A DNA stretch of 63,710 bases, the filler included, from Chrysochromulina tobinii (Eukaryota), in NCBI GenBank assembly GCA_001275005.1. It is 4 parts of 4 records of this genome, joined end to end, with 100 filler letters (N's around TTAATTAATTAA, not from the genome) between each part and the next. Parts side by side here need not be neighbours in the genome. Positions count along the whole stretch, not along the records: positions 47,171 to 63,710 come from JWZX01001079.1; 3 more parts are not named here. One strand, 5' to 3'. Shown piece by piece: positions 56,336 to 63,710 of the stretch; within the stretch, counting starts at the first letter, position 1, and the number at the start of each line of letters is the position of its first letter. The notes beneath the pieces are model-generated. The model made no database searches. It had not been told where the DNA came from and saw only the letters and a list, made by a program, of their open reading frames with translations. The position numbers and the translations under genes were made by a program.

Positions 56336-59300
56336 TCATTGCCGCAGCGTGACATAGGGCGGCTCATCGTTGGCGCAGCGGCAGAAGCCGCATGGCACGA
56401 TCGCCATCAGATCGGCTGGAGGGCGGAGAGTGCCCTCCTTCCCGCGGCACTGGTAGCACGCAGAGGGCAGGTTGCAGTTGTTTGCACGGCCCGTGTCGCT
56501 TCCTAATTTGGCACGGCCCGTGTCGAGCGCGGCCGACTGGTTGTTCCAGAGCTGCTTGAACTCGTGCGGCAGGTGGTCGATGGTCTTGGCGCACCTGATG
56601 AGGGGGTGGGGTGTCGGAGGCCATCAGACGCAATCAGCGGCCATTAGCGGCCATCAGCGGCCATCAGCGGCCATCAGCGCACTGGTAAGAGTAGACGTTC
56701 CACTCGGCCTGCTGGCTGAACCAGCACTGTGCATACTCGGGGTGTCGCGCCATGATGTCTCGTCGGTTGCGCGCAAATTGGGCACAGTTCCATGCAGTGT
56801 AGAGGCCAGTGAAGATCGGGTCGTGGCGCGCGCGCTGGTTGCCCGGGTGCTTGACCACAGAGTCGCCCGTGACGAAGTGGAACGTGAGCCGCGGCGAGAG
56901 CAACGCCATCCGACAGCCCGCGTGCGCATGCAACGCCTGCATCAGGTCCGTTGCGATCATTGAGACGCCCACCTGATGAGGGAGGCAATCAGTATGCCAT
57001 CAGAGAGGCAATCAGCATGCCATCAGAGACGCCCACCTGATGAGGGCTCGCCATCATTCGCCATCATTCGCCATCATTCGCCATCAATCGTCATCATTCG
57101 CCATCATTCGCCATCAATCGTCATCATTCGCCATCATTAGTCATCAATCGTCATCACCATTGTGAAACCGAGTGAGAGCTGCGGCACCCAGCGGCGCGGG
57201 AAGGTCCAACAGTCGTGACCTGGATGGGCGAGGCCCGTCCCACGCCATCCGAGAGCTTGCTCCACGCCGAAGGTGACGGGAGCGTGCTCGTACTCCTCTC
57301 TGATGAAGCTGATTGGAATGTCGGGCATCAGCTGTGCCAACGGGTAGAACGGGTAGGGGGAGGGGCGAGAGGGAGGGCAGGGGAAGGGGGTGACGAGGAG
57401 GGAGGTAACCTCAGGAGCACACCCAAAGCACATCGGGAGCTCATCGGGAGCTCATCGGGAGCTCATCGGGAGCTCATCGGGAGCTCATCGGGAGCTCATC
57501 GGGAGCTCATCGGGAGCTCACCTGCAGCTGACGCGCGAGCTTGAGGTAGAACGGCGCCTGCACGCCAATGTCGATGTTTGAGTACGTCAGGTGCTCTCCC
57601 TCGCCCTTGAGGTAGCCGGCGTACCTGATGAGGGAGGCAATCGGATGCAATCTCCTGAGGGGCGGCGTAACTGATGAGGGAGGCTTTTTGATGCGAGCGG
57701 CCATCCGAGGCCATCGGTGGCAATCAGCAGGCAAACCACGTACAGGATCATGTTGAGGAAGGGGAGCTTGGCGTGATGACGGAAGCTCGGGAGCAGCGTC
57801 GCGACCGACACGTTGAGCAGCGCGACGGCGAAGCCCTGCTGTGCGCACTGCGGCAGCCGGGCAGCGTCTTCGGGGAACATGGCGCAGACCACATCGACGC
57901 GCACGCCCTGGGTGTTTGCGAGGGCGACGGCGTGCGAGATGGAGGCGATGGTGATCTCTTGCGCGCGCGCATGCTCGGCGTCGTGCTCGGAGTAGAACGG
58001 GTTGATCACGTGCGTGATCGAGATGTTCTGCGCGCGCCGCGGCGGCGCCGCACGCGCCGCCCACTCGGAGAACCAATGCTCAGCACGGCGCGGCGGCTCG
58101 GGCTGCAGCACGCGCACGACTGGCTGGCGGACGAATTCTTGGGTCCACGCGCCGCAGCAGCGTGGCGGCTCGGCGCTCGACTTTGCCTCGCGGAGTCGTG
58201 TCTCGATGAAGGTCTTGCGCACCTGGACAGAAGGAGGCGCGCCATCAGCGGCAATCAAGGGAGATCGCACCTGGACAGAGGGGGCGCGCCATCAGCGGCA
58301 ATCAAGGGAGATTGCACCTCGTCCGACCAGGCGGAGGTCGTGCCACCGTCCATCGGCGCTGTCGCATTGCTCTTCTTCTTGGGCTTCGCCTTGAGGGAGA
58401 GGGTGAAGGCGCGCTGTACCGAGCTGATGGGTACCTCAAGGAACTCGGCCAACGGCGCCGGGTACCTGAAGCAAGGGGGGCGCCGTGGTGGGCATGGGTG
58501 CCGTTAAGGCGCCGTGGTGGGCATATGCATGCCGTGGCGGGTACTTGAAGCAAGGGGGGCGCAATCAGCGGCCATCCGCGGCAATCGGCTGTCGTCAGTG
58601 GAACTCAGAGGCACTTAGAGACACACAGAGGCACTCAGTGGCACACAGAGGCCGTCAGAGGCCATCAGAGGCACTCAGTGGCACCCAGAGGCGCTCAGGT
58701 GCACTTCGGCGCACCGCTCAGGGCGCAAAAGCATGTCCGTGTAGTTGACGACGCGGTACTCCTCCGCGCGGAGCATCTGCAGCTGTGAATACATCTGGTC
58801 GAGCTGTGACAAGAAGAGGCTCACCTGTGGTTGGCGTAGTGCGTGGCGCCGTGGTGAGCACATGCATGCCGACGCGTGCACGCGCGCCGTGGTGAGCATG
58901 CGCATGCCGACGCGTGCGCTCGCTGTGACATGAGGCGAGGCGAGGCGAGGCGGCTCTCACCTGCTGGATATCATCAGAGGTCATCAGGGAGGTCATCAGA
59001 TGTCATCAGCGAGGCGAGGCGGCTCTCACCTGCTGGATATCATCAGAGGTCATCAGGGAGGTCATCAGATGTCATCAGCGAGGCGAGGCGGCTCTCACCT
59101 GCTTGTGCAGCTTGAAGGTGCGGCCAGCCCGCCGCCAGATCTTTGGGAGCCCGCGGTTGTTCATCGACATGATCGCGTCGATCGGGTCGCGGTACAGCAC
59201 GATCACCTTGAGCCGCACGCCGAGCAGGTCGCACATGTACACGATGTCCGCCAGGTCGGGGTAGTGGGTTCCGTCCTCGGTCTCGTTCGACGAGCGAGAA

Positions 59301-60166
59301 AAGGGATACGAAAACATCTGGCCTACGGGCTGGAAGGAGCCGTTATTGGATCGGCCGTCCAGCAGCTGGCCCGCCAGCTGCTGCTGCATCCCGCTGATCC
59401 ACGAGCAGTGCCGCTGACGCGAGATGCGGAAGCACGTGCGCGCGCAGAAGGCGGGGTGCTTGTGGTGCGAGTGGGCCTGACGGACCCATTCGGCGAAGGC
59501 CTCGAGGGCGGCCCAGAACGTGGCTGGGTCGTGGTGCTTCGGGTCCCACCAGAGCGACTGGAACACCTGCTCCTGCACCAGCGACATGGGCATCAGCTCG
59601 GGCAGCCGCATCATGAGCGCGGTGATGAAGTGGTGGCCTGTGCCCTCGGCGCCGGCGACGAAGACAAGCTGCCGTTGGCTATCGCTGAGCGGCTTGCTGT
59701 GGTCGGCGGGCTGCTGGGGCTTCACGTACGGCCGCCAGAAGGATGTGTCGAGCGGCGTCTCGATGGACGCGCGCCGCTTCACGACCTCGAGGAAGGCCTC
59801 CTGCTGCGCCTCGGCCGAAAGCCGCTGCGGAGGCGGAGGCGGAGGCGGGCTGCTGAGATCGGGCGGCGTTGGAAACCCGGTGGGCGAGAGGGAGGAGGAA
59901 AAGGAAGATGGTGATGATGATGAGGAGGAGCTGATGTGGTCCACGGTTGGGAGCAGAAGCTCGTGCTGCAGCAGCACGCACGACAGCGCCGCAGCCGAGA
60001 GCGACGCGGTCGCGAGCATCATGAGCTTGACGACGCCGAGTGGCGCCTCGCACTCGCGATCGGCGCGACGGTCGTGGCGGGCATGCTGGGCGGGGAGCAG
60101 GCGGCTGGAGGAGGCGGTGGAGGAGGTGGTGGTGGCGGTGGCGGCTGCGTCGGAGAGCGTGGGCAT
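56336..60166 (-). CDS. Type II membrane protein with a sulfotransferase-like domain and a second, possibly glycan-modifying, domain; introns 58825-59098, 58466-58714, 58223-58317, 57625-57743, 57332-57521, 56973-57157, 56595-56682
   Basis: TM anchor; PAPS-loop-like FVAGAEGTGHH and KVIVLYRDPIDAIMS; frame restored across seven GT-AG introns to TGA at 56336. Confidence 0.75.
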
Positions 60167-60390
60167 AGAGGCGGAGCCAAGTCGGTGTGAAGGGGTGAAG
60201 AGATTTGTTGAGGGTCACCCCTTTACACACGAGAGCACGAATTACATGTATGGCTCCTCTGCTCAAGAGTCGCTACGCACGAAGTGTGGTGGCGAACCTT
60301 TGATACCGAAGATGCTCGGCAACTGTTTGGGGTTCGCAAGTTAGCATGCGATTATAAGTTGTTGATCGCAAGTGTTGGAGGATACTTTCC

Positions 60391-60463
60391 TTCCCTATAG
60401 TCTAGTTGGTTAGGATAACCCGCTTTCACCGGGTCGACCTGGGTTCGAGTCCCAGTGGGGAAA
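60391..60463 (+). tRNA. tRNA-Glu (anticodon TTC)
   Basis: Acceptor TTCCCTA/TGGGGAA; D-arm; anticodon stem ACCCG/CGGGT with CT-TTC-AC loop (60425-60427); T-arm CTGGG-TTCGAGT-CCCAG. Confidence 0.93.
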
Positions 60464-60824
60464 AAAAAAAACTTGCTTCCTTTGTCAACCTCTTTTGCAC
60501 CTGTCCGGATCCGACGAGTCCCAGTGGGTCCGGATCCGTGCGAAATGACGCGCCCCGGGCGGCCTCCCCGCCCCCGCGCCCCCGGGTGCGGGCGGTGGGC
60601 CCGCCCCCGCGTTGGGGTCGTGGCTCGTGCCGCGCCGCGGGGGGAACCATGCCGCATGCGGGGATGGGGGAACTCTTACTAAACCGGGCGGCGTGGGATC
60701 TAGAGCATCTTTGGCCCGTTCGATTACGATTTCGTCCTATAAGTATCACCAAAACAATGCGCAGCATGCGTGTATGGGGCACGGTAGCCGCGACGCCCCT
60801 CGTGTGTCCTCTGAGTCCACCTTC

Positions 60825-63710
60825 TCAACTGAGAGAAGTTTTCTCGAGCGCGCCGCTCAGCTTGCTTGTTGCCCCATCGGCGCCGTCGCGGGCGGCGCGC
60901 GCCGCGCCGAGCGCACTCGAGAGGTGGATGATCCACAAGTTACGTTCCTCCTCAGTCGGGGCGGCAAGCACGACGCCGCCGTCGGGCGCGCCGTCCCGAG
61001 CGGTGAGGCGGAACGCGTAGGGCAGATTGTCCGACGGAGGCTGCGACGACCAGTCATCAGAGGTCGTCAGAGGTCATCAAAGGTCATCAGAGGTCATCAG
61101 AGGTCATCAGGGCAGATTGTCCGACGGAGGCTCTGGGGAAATGGGTGCTACGACCAGTGGGGCAGGGGAGGGGGCGCCCAGGACGACGCACGGTTGAGGC
61201 GCGCGTCAGCACAGATCAGAACGCGGCGCCGCCACGCGCGCTCGCGGCACTGTGGGGAGATCGGGGAGATCGATGGGAGATCGATGGGAGATCGATGGGA
61301 TAAGAGGGGGTCGCGTCGTCCCGGGCAGCGCACCGTGGCTTGCTCCACCCGATCGAAGCCGGAGAGCGGTACGATGCCGCGCGCGTGCTGCGGAGGGTCG
61401 TCGGCGTTCTGGTAGTACACGATCGTGCCCTCGTCGCGCAGGCGGAAGTGGCGAGCGACCCAATCCCGTGCCTGCCCTGTCTCCGCCTCGCTCCGCTGCG
61501 CAATGTGCACCTGATGAGGGAGGCAATCAGCATCCCATCAGAGAGGCAATCAGAGGCCATCCTGATCGAGCAGTCTCCGCCTCGCTCGCACTGATGAGGG
61601 AGGCAATCGGCATCCCATCAGAGATGCACTCGGCACCTTGGAGGCTCGCTTATAGAGGAGGCCGCTCAACTCGGTGCCTCGCGATGTGGCGTCTTCGGCC
61701 GCACTGGCGGAGCTACTCGGTACTTTGATGACCTCTGATTGCCTGGCATGAGTGGAAACTCCCCCGCCGGCGGTCGCGGCGGTCGCGACGGGCAGCGGCG
61801 AAGAGGGCGGCGCCACGGCGGACGAGGAAGCCGACAGCTGCGCGCCACAGGCGCAGAGGACGCGTATCCAGTCATCGCGTTCCCGCGCCGAGTCCGACGC
61901 GAGGTGGTACCTGATGAGGGAAGCCATCCGAGGTCATCAGAGGTTATCAAGAGGCAATCAGGTGAGCGGTGCCTGATGAGGGAAGCCTTTAGGGAAGCCA
62001 TTCCTCGGAGGTCACATCAGAGGCACCACTCGGCAGGTCATCCGAGGTCATCCGAGGTCATCCGAGGCCATCCGAGGTCATCCGAGGTCATCCGAGGTCA
62101 TCAGGGGCCATGCGTACGTCCGATTGCTCGTGTGCACCGCAAACGAATAGTGGCGGGCAAGCGAATTCTCTCCCTCGCCATGAGGCTGGATGATCAGTGG
62201 CGTGGGCCGCGCGCCGGCGCCATTGCTCATCACGGCGCTATGGCTCGACTCGCGACCACCGTTGGTGCCGCCGCCGCCGCTGCCGTGCGCCACGGCCGCG
62301 CCCGCACCGCCGTGGTGAGCACTTGCATGCGCGGGAGCGGCCGCGCCCGCACCGCCGTCGGGTGCCGTGGCGCCATAGTGGGCGCCGTAGTGGGCGCCGC
62401 TGCTCAGCTCGGCGCCGCTGTCAGACTTGCCGAACGCCCTTACACTGGCTGACGGGCTCGAGCCGCCGCTGATCGAGATGACGCCGAGAGAGAGGGGGCG
62501 GGGCGTCGTGGTGAGCGCTTGCATGCAACGCACGCCATCAGAGGCAATCAACGCACCTGCTCGAGCGGCACCCACTCCAACTTCTGATGAGGGACACAAT
62601 CACATGCAATCAGAGGCACTCAAGGCACCTGATCGAGATGACGCCGAGAGGCTGGAATGGGTTGGACATCTCGGCCGCGTAGTAGTAGAAGAGCTCGCCG
62701 TCGCACAGGCAAAAGTAGCGCCTCTTCCAGGACGGGACCCGCCGCCCCTTTTTGTAGAGATGGCCCTGCGAACCGAGGCCACGGGATGCGATGAGATGAA
62801 TTGGGAGATGCGATGAGATGCATTGGGAGATGCGATGAGATGCATTGGGATGCGATGAGATACGCCGAGTGACCACTCCGGGGTCACTCGGCGTCAGAGT
62901 GGTCACTCGGCGTCACTCAGCCGTCACTCAGCCGTCACTCTGCGGCCACTCAGCGGCCGCTCTGAGGAGCTCTCAGCGGCACCCACCTGCTTGGTGCACA
63001 CTCGATGGAGTGACTGGTGCAGCGCCGTCTCGTCTTCGCCGAACTCGGCGCCGTGTTGGGCGTCTGCCTCCACAAAGTAGCAGAAGAGCGACGAGGCCGC
63101 CAGCGCCGGGATGGCCACGCACTGCTGCAGGTAGCGCTCGAGCGCCACGCGTCGCTCCTCGACGAAGCTCGGGTGAAGGTTGCCGAAGGCGCGCTTCGCT
63201 GGGAGGGCCTGCGGCACTAGCGGGCCGAACTCCTTGCGCAGCAGCTGGTCCAGCAGGTTGAAGTGCTTGTACCTGTGGGGAGAGGCGAGGGCGCCGTGGT
63301 GAGCGCGTGCATGCACGGCAGGCCATCAGCATGCAATCAACGTACCGTCGCTCGGAGCGAGAGAGGGCGCCGGGGTGAGCGCTTGCATGCACGGCAGGCC
63401 ATCAGCATGCAATCAACGTACCGTCGCTCGGATCGCAGCGTCGTCTGCACGCCGTGCACGAGCAGCACGGAGTCGACCAGGTACGTGACGTACTCGTTGC
63501 CATGCCCACCCTCGCGCTGACGCTGGGTACCGGCGAGGCGCACCGAGTGGAGCACAACGTCCTTTGATCGCGCACGCAGCTCGGTGCCCGTCGGCGACAA
63601 GGGCGGCCCTCGCCCCTCGAGCGCCGTGGTGAGCGCCTCGTCGCCCGCGTGCATGCCCACACCGATCGTGAGCGCTGTGGTGAGCAGCCCGCCGCCGAGC
63701 TCACCACGGC
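60825..63710 (-). CDS. PX + two PH domain protein, 5' end beyond the window; introns 63273-63421, 62766-62986, 62469-62628, 61911-62117, 61511-61636, 61041-61333
   Basis: PX: YVTYLV..ERR|YKHFNLL..LPAKR..FVEERRVALERYLQ; PH1: GHLYKKGRRVPSWKRRYFCL..RT|YHLASDSARERDDWI; PH2: SGLLYKR..WVARHFRL..LAAPTEEERNLWI. Confidence 0.87.

Noticed and set aside
47272..62001. Recurrent short peptides such as LMREAIR or ASLIR suggesting a protein family
   Set aside because: They are translations of the intronic GCCTCCCTCATCAG cassette on either strand.
47343..63421. Classical TIR-type Introner or MITE explanation for the repeated introns
   Set aside because: No terminal inverted repeats, 5' ends are locus-specific, and duplication lengths vary from about 4 to 35 nt rather than being fixed.

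Overview
GC-rich eukaryotic genomic DNA with spliceosomal GT-AG and GC-AG introns. It looks like a haptophyte alga (Chrysochromulina-like); that assignment is inference from gene content and intron style. The window is four contigs joined by 100-nt N/TTAATTAATTAA spacers (22167-22266, 43274-43373, 47071-47170), so adjacency across the spacers is artificial. About 23 protein genes are recognisable: ASF1, an XK-scramblase/LRR/decapeptide-repeat protein, DnaJ-SANT, a DUF1244-MogA fusion, DUF3110, a KDEL ankyrin protein, a DEAD-box helicase, NAD-GDH, an eIF2-alpha-like kinase, CIAO2B/MIP18, a giant ARM/IQ/cNMP/WW protein, RPC2, a tandem beta-helix protein, LZIC, a methyltransferase, an ARM protein, calcyphosin, a sulfotransferase-like protein and a PX-PH-PH protein among them. 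There is also tRNA-Glu(TTC) and a ~1.08-kb foldback element. The standout signal is an apparent intron-generating system, mainly in 47171-63710. Many introns consist of a 22-35-nt copy of the start of the downstream exon (supplying the GT/GC donor), then a tandem 6-11-mer filler rich in branch-point motifs, then a shared acceptor such as CCCTCATCAG. One intron has telomeric (CCCTAA)n as filler, several are stacked GT..AG|GT..AG units, and one is an unspliceable in-frame insertion. All splice models were inferred by hand from reading frame and protein motifs, without RNA data.
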